Source of the DNA: an uncultured bacterium | GTDB taxonomy: Bacteria; JAGOEH01 | Assembly (NCBI GenBank): GCA_964632485.1 | Contig: CAZWDO010000003.1 | Span: 120,690 to 184,689 of the forward strand | Length of the DNA stretch: 64,000 nucleotides | Direction: 5' to 3' | Part shown: one piece after another, positions 26,354 through 35,983 of the stretch | Position numbering within the stretch: the first letter of the stretch is position 1 | Layout of the letters: the number at the start of each line of letters is the position of its first letter | The notes under the pieces: model-generated | What the model was told of the DNA's origin: nothing | Seen by the model: only the letters and a program-made list of their open reading frames with translations | Databases searched by the model: none | Translations under genes and position numbers: made by a program

Positions 26354-28861
26354 TTATTTTTTTCTTAGAAAATAAAACTGATAGGGAGTGAGTGTCAGGT
26401 GTTCATTTTGCGGCAAGCTTTTGGCAGATTCACTATAAACTCCCTGGTTGTCACATACGATGTTCCATTCTTGGGTTGTATCAAATTCTAAAGTCACAGA
26501 ATCGGGCCGGTTGTTGAGTATTAATTTATATTTTTCTTTAGATTGATGAAAATCGCCAACAAAGAGGCCGTCAGGTTGATTTTCATCATAAGTCCAACTA
26601 TTTTCCGGGTATTTATCCAATGGTCGGAACAGTTCATGCTTTTTACGAAAAGCGATCATCTCTTTATAAAATTTAAAGAGTTCCAGGTTTTTCTGTTTTA
26701 GATTCCAATCGATAACATTGGACTTGATATCCTGGGTTTGTTTGATTTTGTTTCGGCCCATTTCCTGTCCTTCTAAAAGCATGGGAACACCGGCGGAAAT
26801 CATCATAATCAATCCCCCCATTTTGGCCTTTTGCATAATTGTGGAATGATCGGAATGAAATTCCTCCAGAAAATTGACCAAAGACTCTTCATCATGGCTC
26901 TCAAGATAATTAAGTGACTCAAGCGGCTTTACAAACCAGGGTTTGTCAAAACTGTGGTTAAGGCTGGCATATAGGCCGTAATTATCTTTTTCTTTAGCCA
27001 GAAAGGTTTTAACCCGCTCACGGAATTGATCATTCCATTGCGCAATCCCGCGTCCGCTAATGCTCATACGATCATTTGCCCAGTTTTCCAATATCAGGGA
27101 TACAGGTCCCCGGGTAGGTTTTGCATTGTTCAATAATTGAATGGTTTCCCGGGTTAAAAGTTTTTCCTGGTTGATCAGATGAGAAATATCAAAGCGGAAT
27201 CCATCGATATGCATTTCTTTGATCCAAAAAATTAGATTGTCAATAATTAGTTTTTGAACATAAGGCCGTTCACAATCTAAATCGTTACCGCAACCGCTTA
27301 AATTACCCCCGGTATAGAAATATTCTTCGTCAATCGGCCGCAAGCAATTATCGACGTTCGTCGTGTGATTATAAACCACATCCAATATAACGGCAATTCC
27401 CTGCCGGTGCAACGCATCGATCATTTGTTGAGTTTCTTTTATATGCTGTCCTTTTTCAACCTCAACGATATAATCTGATTCTGGTGTAAAATAAAAAGCC
27501 GGCATATAGCCCCAATCATAATTGTCGCGGACGTCAGGACTGGAACCGTTACCGATTTCCGAGAACGGCATGAATTCAACGGCATTTATACCTAATTCTG
27601 TCAGATGCCGTGTGGGTGAGCCTTCCTCTGTTTGGGTGAATGCCAGGAATTTTCCTCTGTATTCGGGCTTCACTACGGGGTTTTCATAGGTGAAATTGAC
27701 GGGATGAGTCTCATAAATAATCAGATCTTTTTGGAGTGGTGTCTCAAATTCATTATCGCCCCATTCAAATGCAGATTGGCCGGTGAAAATACTTTTCCCG
27801 GAAGAATAGAACATAGCTTGGGCATAGGGGTCGGCGATTACTTCCTCAATGTCGTGTTTGTAGATACGGAATTGGTAGTAAGGCGATTGATTAAAACATT
27901 CAAGCGGTGTGACGCCATTCCAAATCGCCGGATCCTCTTTTGAGCGTTTCAGTTCGATAACCGTGTCAGGATTGTTGCTGTCCGCCCGGTTAAAAAGTTC
28001 GAGGGACACTCCTGTCAATCGGGGTCCAAAAAGGCGGCAGATAACAGTTTGGTCTTGAATTTCCAATCCTAATTTACTGGAGGTAAGCGGTAAGCCTGCG
28101 AAAAAAGGTTGCAACATTTCACGGCTATAGGGAAGATGAAGCTTCAAATCATGCGTGATGGCGTTTCCTTGTCTGTCCTGAATCCCTTCACCATGTAAAA
28201 TATACGGGGATATATAGGCATAATCCCCGGGTTGGAATGGTTCGATATGAATTATCAGTGATTGAGAATCTGGTCCAATCATGATTTTATTTATTGTTAT
28301 CGGCGGTTCGATTTTAATATGAATGCTATCTAAACGTTCTTGATTAAGGGGTTCATTAAAATGGAGTTGGACCGTTTGAGTGTCAGCAAAAAAACCGCGA
28401 ATAAGTACTGGGGGAGTATAATCCCCATTCTGATCCCAATTAATCCACAGATTTCCGTTACGTTGCGCTTCCTGGGGAATAAACGTCAATACCTGCCAGC
28501 CGGTAGGGAAAATGACAAATTTAAATTCCGGATATCCCGATTGGCCAACGACCATTACAGAATCTTTTGGTAACTTTAATTCATAAATCCGTTGGGTTTT
28601 ATTATATTTCATGTACCACCAGGGTCGGTATTTAGCCTCTGCCCATCGATTGAAACTACCTGCTACATATACCTTCTCCGCGCCGCTTAATTCTTGTCGG
28701 TATAGTTCCGGTTGATAGATAAATAGGATGGAATCTCCCTGCGCGATTAAATAGTTGCCGCTTTCATAGGGCGGTTGGGGATATCCGTTATTGGATTTTT
28801 GGCAAACAAGCCCGCCAATAACACTTAAAAATAAAGAAAAGAACAGGTAATAGGTCCGCAT
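26354..28861 (-). CDS. Secreted GH13-family alpha-amylase/pullulanase-like glycoside hydrolase with N-terminal beta-sandwich domains
   Basis: A signal peptide is present. The GH13 conserved regions are DVVYNH (region I), GFRFD (region II) and ESHDE (region IV). The RBS is GAGGAGGA. Confidence 0.85.
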   Translation of the reverse strand: MRTYYLFFSLFLSVIGGLVCQKSNNGYPQPPYESGNYLIAQGDSILFIYQPELYRQELSGAEKVYVAGSFNRWAEAKYRPWWYMKYNKTQRIYELKLPKDSVMVVGQSGYPEFKFVIFPTGWQVLTFIPQEAQRNGNLWINWDQNGDYTPPVLIRGFFADTQTVQLHFNEPLNQERLDSIHIKIEPPITINKIMIGPDSQSLIIHIEPFQPGDYAYISPYILHGEGIQDRQGNAITHDLKLHLPYSREMLQPFFAGLPLTSSKLGLEIQDQTVICRLFGPRLTGVSLELFNRADSNNPDTVIELKRSKEDPAIWNGVTPLECFNQSPYYQFRIYKHDIEEVIADPYAQAMFYSSGKSIFTGQSAFEWGDNEFETPLQKDLIIYETHPVNFTYENPVVKPEYRGKFLAFTQTEEGSPTRHLTELGINAVEFMPFSEIGNGSSPDVRDNYDWGYMPAFYFTPESDYIVEVEKGQHIKETQQMIDALHRQGIAVILDVVYNHTTNVDNCLRPIDEEYFYTGGNLSGCGNDLDCERPYVQKLIIDNLIFWIKEMHIDGFRFDISHLINQEKLLTRETIQLLNNAKPTRGPVSLILENWANDRMSISGRGIAQWNDQFRERVKTFLAKEKDNYGLYASLNHSFDKPWFVKPLESLNYLESHDEESLVNFLEEFHSDHSTIMQKAKMGGLIMMISAGVPMLLEGQEMGRNKIKQTQDIKSNVIDWNLKQKNLELFKFYKEMIAFRKKHELFRPLDKYPENSWTYDENQPDGLFVGDFHQSKEKYKLILNNRPDSVTLEFDTTQEWNIVCDNQGVYSESAKSLPQNEHLTLTPYQFYFLRKK

Positions 28862-29157
28862 TTAAATCCTCCTCGGTTGGAATGATACTCGTAGATTATA
28901 ACTTTGCATTAAATCCATCTTTTCCGGTTGGGAATATGTATCCAAGCGCTCCCGGATACCAGCCATTTTTTAATAATTTTTATGCTAAATTCTCAATGTG
29001 AAGTAGGATAGTAGTTTCATTTCTAATTGATGTTCGCATTTAAGACATGGTTTCACATTTTTTAAGAATGACAATTGCAGAGCCTTAAGAGACAAATCTA
29101 TATTAATATAGTAAAAAGCAATGATTTGTCAACTAAAAAAAATGTCGATATGTTAAA

Positions 29158-30387
29158 TTATCGGGCGTCTATTATCCAGTAAAGAGAGGGGGGAAGCTTT
29201 TGAAAATAGGTGTCGTTGGTACGCCTGATCAGGTATTCGGTTTGAATTGAGTAGATTTCATAGTCAAAATGGCGTTCGCCAGTAAAAAATTGCAGAAATA
29301 GAATGGGGTGATTTTTGAAAATCGGTTTTAAATCGTGTTCAGCAAGATGAACCAAAGGAAACTGGCTGTTCTGCCATGTTGAAATCAGATTTTGCACTGA
29401 ATCGAATATGTGAGCCGTGGGCATAGCCGGATCCCGCCAGTTTAAATTGCTGTCGCGCCGCCATTCACATGTACTTTTATAGAAATCAAATCGGATCCGT
29501 TCAATTTGATGGGATTGGAAATCTGACATTGTTTGGTCCAACCAATAGGATTCGTCAAGAGTAAACATCTTGCTAAAAGATTGGGGGGCAACTGCTAAAA
29601 ATTTTTGGTAGGTAGTCCGAATAGTCCCATGGTCATAAACGAGAGTGTCGGAATCGATAATTAGAGATTCGGCGCTGTGCAGGTTGGGAATAGTGAGATT
29701 TGCCGGCAGGTTTAAATCAATTTTAAAACTGTAGATGATTTCAAAAAAGTCGCGAATTTTTGAGAGACTACAACGGTAATTGCTATAATACCAAATGCCA
29801 GTTGATTTTTTTTGAAATAGGTGGCGTTGATTTTGAACAATTAAGTAGAAAGAATGGATTGAATCAATTTCCTTGCCAATAAGTTGATAGTCGATCCAGT
29901 CCGAGGCCTTAAGTGGTAATTGATGAAAAAAAGATTGGGGTATCAGATACAAGCTATCTCTATACAAGGCATAGGTCCCATTGCCAAGGGGATGCCTGGC
30001 CCCTAATATCCAGAGTTTTCCATTAATGCTCATCTGACTTATGGCAGAGTCCAGGCCAAACCGCTGGAGATCTATAACCGTATCCAATGGAATCGATTGA
30101 GGAATCGTTCGTTTTAAGAGCGTAATGAGCCGTAGAAATTGTGATCGAGCAATGGGTATATTCTGCTGGGTGCGCGCGAGGTGGTCTTTAACAACTAGCG
30201 AATAATTCAAGCTGCCATTTTGAAAATACTGGAATTCCCAAAGAGAGTCATTGAGCAATGATTGCGCATGGTTTTTTACTGTGGGTGGAGTTTGTTCTGG
30301 AAAGGAGTATAAATAGATAATAAGAACAGCTACGATCGTAATACCCAACAATGCTGAAATAATTGAATAGCGGTTTATTTTTTCCAT
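29158..30387 (-). CDS. Membrane-anchored hypothetical protein, last gene of an ABC (GldA/F/G-like) operon
   Basis: The N-terminal TM is YSIISALLGITIVAVLIIYLY. The protein is 409 aa with no recognisable catalytic motif. It overlaps the upstream gene by 13 nt. It is possibly DUF4340/GldG-C-like. Confidence 0.65.
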   Translation of the reverse strand: MEKINRYSIISALLGITIVAVLIIYLYSFPEQTPPTVKNHAQSLLNDSLWEFQYFQNGSLNYSLVVKDHLARTQQNIPIARSQFLRLITLLKRTIPQSIPLDTVIDLQRFGLDSAISQMSINGKLWILGARHPLGNGTYALYRDSLYLIPQSFFHQLPLKASDWIDYQLIGKEIDSIHSFYLIVQNQRHLFQKKSTGIWYYSNYRCSLSKIRDFFEIIYSFKIDLNLPANLTIPNLHSAESLIIDSDTLVYDHGTIRTTYQKFLAVAPQSFSKMFTLDESYWLDQTMSDFQSHQIERIRFDFYKSTCEWRRDSNLNWRDPAMPTAHIFDSVQNLISTWQNSQFPLVHLAEHDLKPIFKNHPILFLQFFTGERHFDYEIYSIQTEYLIRRTNDTYFQKLPPSLYWIIDAR

Positions 30388-30995
30388 TGGGTGAATCCAT
30401 TAATCAGAGTCAAAATTAATCCGATAAAAGTGGGTAAGATAATTAAAAATAAATTGGCGAGTGGGCTTTCGACCACATCGGCTGAGAGGATTTGGCGAGA
30501 GAGGGGTGTATCTTCCAGGTTAAATGAGCCTGGCGCAGGTAAAGTCGCATTATGTGTAGTTTTATTTGCGCTTGAAATGGAGCGGTTGAATTGATCGACT
30601 GCCGTTATGAGATTTGTTTCATTGACAGGATCGATCAATGCGGTTTGCTGTCCATTGCTGATAATCCCCTGGTTATAGTTTGTTATTTGATTTTTTTTTA
30701 CAAGGTGGGGAACCTGATCCAGATAGAAAATCTCATAAGTGATGAGGGGTTGCTGAGAATGGATTTGCTTACAGAGTTCCTCAATTTGTGAATAATGGAG
30801 TTCATGGGCAAAAAATTGGCAGTGTAAGGGGTGAGCAAGGGTTGCAAGAATTGATCGTGATAGCGGATGGAGTGAAAACCGTTTATTCTGCGACAGATCA
30901 GTATCATGCAAATAATCTGTTAGAATCGGGAGTAATATGAAAATTAAAACTGCGATAAGAAGTCGGGGATGCAAAAAATTAATTATTGCTTTCAT
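30375..30995 (-). CDS. Short GldG-like ABC-transporter auxiliary membrane protein (N- and C-terminal TM)
   Basis: The N-terminal TM is LLIAVLIFILLPILTDY and the C-terminal TM is LFLIILPTFIGLILTLINGF. It overlaps the start of the next gene and the end of the permease gene by 4 nt. Confidence 0.6.
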   Translation of the reverse strand: MKAIINFLHPRLLIAVLIFILLPILTDYLHDTDLSQNKRFSLHPLSRSILATLAHPLHCQFFAHELHYSQIEELCKQIHSQQPLITYEIFYLDQVPHLVKKNQITNYNQGIISNGQQTALIDPVNETNLITAVDQFNRSISSANKTTHNATLPAPGSFNLEDTPLSRQILSADVVESPLANLFLIILPTFIGLILTLINGFTQWKK

Positions 30996-31726
30996 ATATT
31001 TTTACATCTTGCTTCCGTTAAGGTAAAAAAAAGAAATGCGATAGATAAATAATATAATAAATGGATGGGATTAAAAATTCCTTGCAGAAAAGGAAAAAGA
31101 TGATAGAAGGGCGAAAAAGCAGGAGTGGGCAATAATAATTGAGAGTAGTCCATCACCATAAATATCGCTAAGGATGCGAAGGGGGCGATAAGCGGGTGGG
31201 GGCTCAGGGAAGATGCGAACAATCCCAATGACGCGGCAAAAAGCGCAAAAAGCGCCAGTCCGAAATTGGCATTAATAATCACCGGCCACTCTAAAGATAT
31301 ATGGAACGACAGTAGGAGTGGATAGAGCAATACTAAGGCGAGCATTGACCAGCAGACAATGACAGTGGCGCAAAGTTTGGCGAAAACGATGCGGCCTTCT
31401 GATATGGGTAACGATTTTAGAATAAGCCAATGTCCACTTCTTTTTTCTCCGCTGATTTGCGACATAGTTAAAAGAATAGTTAACAGTCCAAAAAAAATGG
31501 CATAGTTGCTATAAAGGGGCATAAGAATCAGAGTTGAAAAGTTTAAGTGGTTTTGGATAAGTGATAGGGGCTGTACAGAGGAAGGGCGCATCTGAGTATA
31601 TAGTTGTAGCATCCGCTTGAAGTAGAATCCATGGCCAACAGCTAATACCGTTAAGACTAGTAAAATGATGGGATGGCTGAATATACTTTTAAGTTCGCGT
31701 TTTATGAGACTGGGAGTCGGTTTCAT
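30992..31726 (-). CDS. ABC-2 type transporter permease (GldF-like)
   Basis: Six hydrophobic helices. It abuts the ATPase gene. Confidence 0.75.
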   Translation of the reverse strand: MKPTPSLIKRELKSIFSHPIILLVLTVLAVGHGFYFKRMLQLYTQMRPSSVQPLSLIQNHLNFSTLILMPLYSNYAIFFGLLTILLTMSQISGEKRSGHWLILKSLPISEGRIVFAKLCATVIVCWSMLALVLLYPLLLSFHISLEWPVIINANFGLALFALFAASLGLFASSLSPHPLIAPFASLAIFMVMDYSQLLLPTPAFSPFYHLFPFLQGIFNPIHLLYYLSIAFLFFTLTEARCKNI

Positions 31727-32623
31727 CTAAACTTTCTCAGAAGCTGAAAGGAATTCCTGATCGGCTGAAATAGTCTTTGAAACGGCTTGGTGAAAAAGAG
31801 GGGTAAAATCAGTTTCCGGTCTGGCCAGAACTAAATAGCGGGATTCGGGAACTGATGAAAAACGGAGAATGCGCAGAATCCGGGGGGAGTGGCTTAAATG
31901 GGAGATCAGGTCCGGAGGTGGATTCGTCAGGGTGTGGATTGATAAGTTTGAAGGTAAGGGTAGTTGTTCGGAAGTGAGAAGAGACCCACTATATTCGAGC
32001 CGACCCTGATCTAAAAAAACAGAGTGGGCGCAAATTGGCAGCAAATCGTGGAGAAGATGAGTCGCGAGGATAATTGTGGTTTGAGGAACTAATTGGCAAA
32101 GGATTTCGATTAAATGGTTTTTTTCCCAGGGATCCAAAGCTGATAATGGTTCGTCAAGAATTAAAATTTCAGGAGTGTTAATGAGGGCTTGAGCCAATCC
32201 AAGACGTCGTCGGGCGCCCGTGGATAATACTCGGATAAATTTTGTTGTTTGCTCTTGTAAATGAACGAGTTCTATCACTCGGTCAATTTCGGTTCCAAGG
32301 GATTTCACTGGCAGGAATTTCATTTGACCAATCCAAATTAGGTATTCTCGAACTCGCATCTCAGGATAGGGGGCAAATAATTCAGGTAAAAAGCCGCATT
32401 TTTTCTTTAAATTAAAGCCAATATGATTAAAATCTCGACCGTTATAGATCAAGTTGCCGTTATCAGGAGAAATAATCTGCGCTAAAAGATGTAAAGTAGT
32501 GCTTTTACCTGCGCCGTTCGGTCCAAAAATCCCGGTTAATGATTGACTTGGAATATGAAATGTCAGGTCTTTGACTAAGTATTTTCTTTTATTTTTATAG
32601 CTAACCTGTTTGAATGTAATCAT
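31727..32623 (-). CDS. ABC transporter ATP-binding protein (GldA-like)
   Basis: Walker A is GPNGAGKST, the signature is LSTGARRRL, and Walker B is ILILDEP. Confidence 0.9.
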   Translation of the reverse strand: MITFKQVSYKNKRKYLVKDLTFHIPSQSLTGIFGPNGAGKSTTLHLLAQIISPDNGNLIYNGRDFNHIGFNLKKKCGFLPELFAPYPEMRVREYLIWIGQMKFLPVKSLGTEIDRVIELVHLQEQTTKFIRVLSTGARRRLGLAQALINTPEILILDEPLSALDPWEKNHLIEILCQLVPQTTIILATHLLHDLLPICAHSVFLDQGRLEYSGSLLTSEQLPLPSNLSIHTLTNPPPDLISHLSHSPRILRILRFSSVPESRYLVLARPETDFTPLFHQAVSKTISADQEFLSASEKV

Positions 32624-32759
32624 CGCCGCAATCTTGATTGGGATAATCGATTTTTACCGAGTACTGCAAAAGAAAGGCGCGCTGGTTGAATGGGATGCTC
32701 CTTGGTATCGAACGTGGCGGAAGATTGACGAATAGATGAGATTACCAGGCCGGGCATTT

Positions 32760-33611
32760 TTAAAAAATATGCTTCACTTTTCGCTTGACAGTGGGGGCCG
32801 GAGACGGTCGTGGCGCAGTTAGATATTCTTCGATATCGAGTAACAGTTCTTCTTCTTTTTTTTGGAAAATATTATTTAAAAACATAAGTGGCACTATCAT
32901 CAGGAGCGCGAGAAAGGTTGTATTGAAAGCAGTGGCCAGTCCCCGCGTAACTCCACCCAGAGCAATTTTCATCTCTTGGGACAATTCCTGTAAACCTTTA
33001 AGATTTTGCACAAACGATGAAAATTGATTGACTGCATCAGCGATGCCGGCAACTGTCCCGATAAAGCCGAGGATTGGAATGACCCAAATAAAAAATTTTA
33101 TTAGATTGTAATTTAATTCCAGACGATAATTTTCGCTTTCAACAATTGAATTGAGGAGTGAATGATCTGAGGGCGATGACTGGATGCGATGAAAGATACG
33201 ATAGAGAGGGTGGTTAAAATATTTTTGATAATTAAATTCTACCAGATTTGCCTTTAGACTGGCTAAGGAAAGTTGATTGCTATGGGGGATTTGTTTGAGA
33301 ATTGCTGAAAAAGAACGGGATTGGCGACGCGATTGGATTGAAAACCGTATAAGAATGAAAAATGCCCAGAACGAACAGAACGTGATGAGTTTACAAATCC
33401 AGTGACTTTCAAAAAGAACAGCCCAGAAGGATGCGCTGAGTAGCGGCAATGGAAATATTTGGTAGAAAAAGGAAGTGCTGAACAGCGCCAGGAAAAAGGC
33501 GATAACAGAGGTTCTGCGTCTGGGGTCCTCTTGTTGACGCAGTTGAGCTCCGCAGTTTACACAGTAACGGGCCATGGTTTTATTATCGGATTGGCATTCG
33601 GGGCACGTCAT
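32760..33611 (-). CDS. Zinc-ribbon-MotA/TolQ/ExbB-family proton-channel protein
   Basis: The N-terminal CPEC-x(n)-CVNC ribbon is followed by two TM helices and a cytoplasmic loop. The last two TMs carry the MotA_ExbB signature (IPILGFIGTVAGIADA...LGGVTRGLATAFNTTFLALLMIVP). The start is at the Met at 33611, which follows GGGAGGG. Confidence 0.8.
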   Translation of the reverse strand: MTCPECQSDNKTMARYCVNCGAQLRQQEDPRRRTSVIAFFLALFSTSFFYQIFPLPLLSASFWAVLFESHWICKLITFCSFWAFFILIRFSIQSRRQSRSFSAILKQIPHSNQLSLASLKANLVEFNYQKYFNHPLYRIFHRIQSSPSDHSLLNSIVESENYRLELNYNLIKFFIWVIPILGFIGTVAGIADAVNQFSSFVQNLKGLQELSQEMKIALGGVTRGLATAFNTTFLALLMIVPLMFLNNIFQKKEEELLLDIEEYLTAPRPSPAPTVKRKVKHIF

Positions 33612-33623
33612 AATCCCTCCCAA

Positions 33624-34202
33624 TTATTCGGTTTCGACATTTTCAATTTTTTGAACACCCAACGTATCAAGTTGTTGGAAATAGATGGCGCGGACTTGCT
33701 TAAAAAAATTGATACTTAGATCGGTTTGGTAGTCAGGATAGGTCCAGGGCCATGGTTGAAAACGGTTTTTAGTATAGTGAAGAGTAACTTCGGCATAGAT
33801 GCCCTGGCCGATATAAATGCGATGGTCGTAATTTTTTGTCGTTGCCAGCACTAATTTGGCCGGTGAGATGTATCCCGGGTCAATGTTGACACGACGGCAA
33901 ATTTTTGCTTCAATTTCGCAGTTGCGGGATAATTGAATTTCAATATTATTACATGTCAATTTAATATGGTTTATAAGATCGATTTGGACCAGGGGAGCGA
34001 AACTGAAAAATTGTTTGACTAAATTATCCCCCATTTCCTTACGATAATAATGGGAATGAGAAAAAGAGAAGATATCGCTTTTTAAATCGATATCACCGAA
34101 TAATGTTTGCATCTCTCTGGCGGCATCAGCTATTTTCTCCGTATTGACAGCCATAATTGCGGCAATAAGTTTGACAGGTTTTGCAGAACGAACGATTCCC
34201 AT
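33624..34202 (-). CDS. DUF4416-like small conserved protein
   Basis: It has the pattern KPVKLI...FSHSHYYRKEMG...RRVNIDPGY...LVLATTKNYDHRIYIGQGIYAEVTL...WTYPDY. The family name is from memory. It is tightly linked between tatD and the MotA-like gene. Confidence 0.6.
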   Translation of the reverse strand: MGIVRSAKPVKLIAAIMAVNTEKIADAAREMQTLFGDIDLKSDIFSFSHSHYYRKEMGDNLVKQFFSFAPLVQIDLINHIKLTCNNIEIQLSRNCEIEAKICRRVNIDPGYISPAKLVLATTKNYDHRIYIGQGIYAEVTLHYTKNRFQPWPWTYPDYQTDLSINFFKQVRAIYFQQLDTLGVQKIENVETE

Positions 34203-34205
34203 GGG

Positions 34206-34997
34206 TTACCTCAATTGAAAAAAACGTTGGGCATTGGAGCTGGTAAGTTCAATTGTTTCGTCGGTGGAAGTGGAAAGCAGTCGCGCAATCGTGGAAGCGG
34301 TATATGCGACATAGCCCGGAATATTCCGCTGTCCTCGGTAGGGCGCTGGCGCCAGATAAGGGGCATCGGTCTCAATAAGCAGACGTTGAGGTGGAATAAG
34401 AGGAATGAGTTTGGCCAATGGACTGTTTTTAAACGTCACTGGCCCGGCAATACCAACATAATAACCAGCTTGGATCAGTTGGGTAAGGTTATCATGATCC
34501 CCGCTGAAACAATGGAATACAACCGGATACTCCGAGGGAAGGTGATGCCTTAGTATTGCATACGTGTCGTTAAAGGCGTTGCGGCAATGAATGATAATAG
34601 GCAATTGAAAAGCGACGGCAATATGAATTTGTTCAATGAACATAAATTGCTGGTCGTGGGGTTGGACATAATCGCGGTAATAATCGAGGCCGATTTCTCC
34701 AAGCGCTACGATAGAGCTGCGTTCATTTTCGATAAGCTGAGTTAATTGCTTAATACGTTCTGGACGGATTTCCGGGGCTATTAAATGGTTTGGATGTATT
34801 CCGCAACTGGCGCTGAATCGTAATGAATCATTTTTTGCGATTTGAATTGCTTGTTTCGAGCTAGCTATATCAATGCCAACATTGATAATATGTTTTAAAG
34901 AAAATTCTTTGAATGATCGATCAATAACTCCTTGTTGATCGTTTTTGAATTCCTCCAGGAACAGATGCGCGTGGGTATCAATCAGTAAGGGCTTCAA
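34206..34997 (-). CDS. tatD: TatD-family metal-dependent hydrolase (DNase)
   Basis: LIDTHAHL at the N-terminus, conserved His/Glu/Asp residues (HCF, ETDAPY), 263 aa. Confidence 0.85.
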   Translation of the reverse strand: MKPLLIDTHAHLFLEEFKNDQQGVIDRSFKEFSLKHIINVGIDIASSKQAIQIAKNDSLRFSASCGIHPNHLIAPEIRPERIKQLTQLIENERSSIVALGEIGLDYYRDYVQPHDQQFMFIEQIHIAVAFQLPIIIHCRNAFNDTYAILRHHLPSEYPVVFHCFSGDHDNLTQLIQAGYYVGIAGPVTFKNSPLAKLIPLIPPQRLLIETDAPYLAPAPYRGQRNIPGYVAYTASTIARLLSTSTDETIELTSSNAQRFFQLR

Positions 34998-35964
34998 AGG
35001 TTCTTTCCGCAGTTGTTCCGGCTAATGATTCTTCGTCATCACCTTTAATTTCTTCTTCGTCGAGGGTCGGAATCAGGTCATTAATATTAGCTACAAAACC
35101 TTTTTCGTGATATTCAGATGCGATTTTAAGCAGTTTCTGGTATTCTTTTTCAGGAAGCTGGTCTATATTTATAGTATGTCGTTCTCCGGACGGTGACATC
35201 ATGATCATGATGCGTTTAAAAATATTGATCTCCTGGATTGTTCCATGATAATTATTGACTTCCAGTTCTGCGCCGACAGGCGGAAACGATTTCAACGCTT
35301 CCTGGTAAACCAGATGTTCATAGCCCAGACAGCACATTAGACGACCGCAAATGCCGGAAATTTTGATCGGATTAAGAGAGAGGTGTTGTTCCCGGGCAAT
35401 ATCAGTGGATATGGGTTTGAAGGATTTGAGGAAAGTTGAGCAGCACAAAGCGCGCCCGCAAATACCATATCCGCCAAGCTTCTGCGCTTCATCACGGACT
35501 CCGATTTGTCGCATTTCAATACGGGTTCTATACATGGCGGCCAATTCCTTGACCAGTTCACGAAAATCAATCCGGTGTTCGGCAGTAAAGAAAAAAGTCA
35601 GTTTATTGCCGTCTGATTGTGATTCCACATCAACAAGTTTCATGGGTATCTGTTTTTTTGAAATATGCGTTTTTACCCGATTAAAAATCACTTTTTCTTT
35701 TTTGCGAAGTTCGGGCAAAGAGGCAATTTCCTCCATGTTTGCCGGTCTTAATACTGTAAAAAGGTCTCGGTGGAAACTGCCCGGATCGGCCAGTTTTCCT
35801 TTAGCGTTCACAATTCCCAGGTCGATGCCCCGTTCGGCTTCCACTACAATATAATCATCAATCAACAGGGGGATTTTGTGCTTGTTATAGTAAAAATTTC
35901 TGCGTTTGTTTTTAAATCTTACCAGGATTAGTTCTGGCAATTTTTTTCGGTCAATAGGCTCCAT
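34978..35964 (-). CDS. PSP1 C-terminal domain protein (RicT/YaaT-like)
   Basis: YaaT-like pattern DDYIVVEAERGIDLGIV. A Cys cluster reads GICGRALCC...GICGRLMCCLGYEH. It follows holB as it does in Firmicutes. Confidence 0.85.
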   Translation of the reverse strand: MEPIDRKKLPELILVRFKNKRRNFYYNKHKIPLLIDDYIVVEAERGIDLGIVNAKGKLADPGSFHRDLFTVLRPANMEEIASLPELRKKEKVIFNRVKTHISKKQIPMKLVDVESQSDGNKLTFFFTAEHRIDFRELVKELAAMYRTRIEMRQIGVRDEAQKLGGYGICGRALCCSTFLKSFKPISTDIAREQHLSLNPIKISGICGRLMCCLGYEHLVYQEALKSFPPVGAELEVNNYHGTIQEINIFKRIMIMMSPSGERHTINIDQLPEKEYQKLLKIASEYHEKGFVANINDLIPTLDEEEIKGDDEESLAGTTAERTFEALTD

Positions 35965-35983
35965 TAGATTCTCCGGTTCGACG

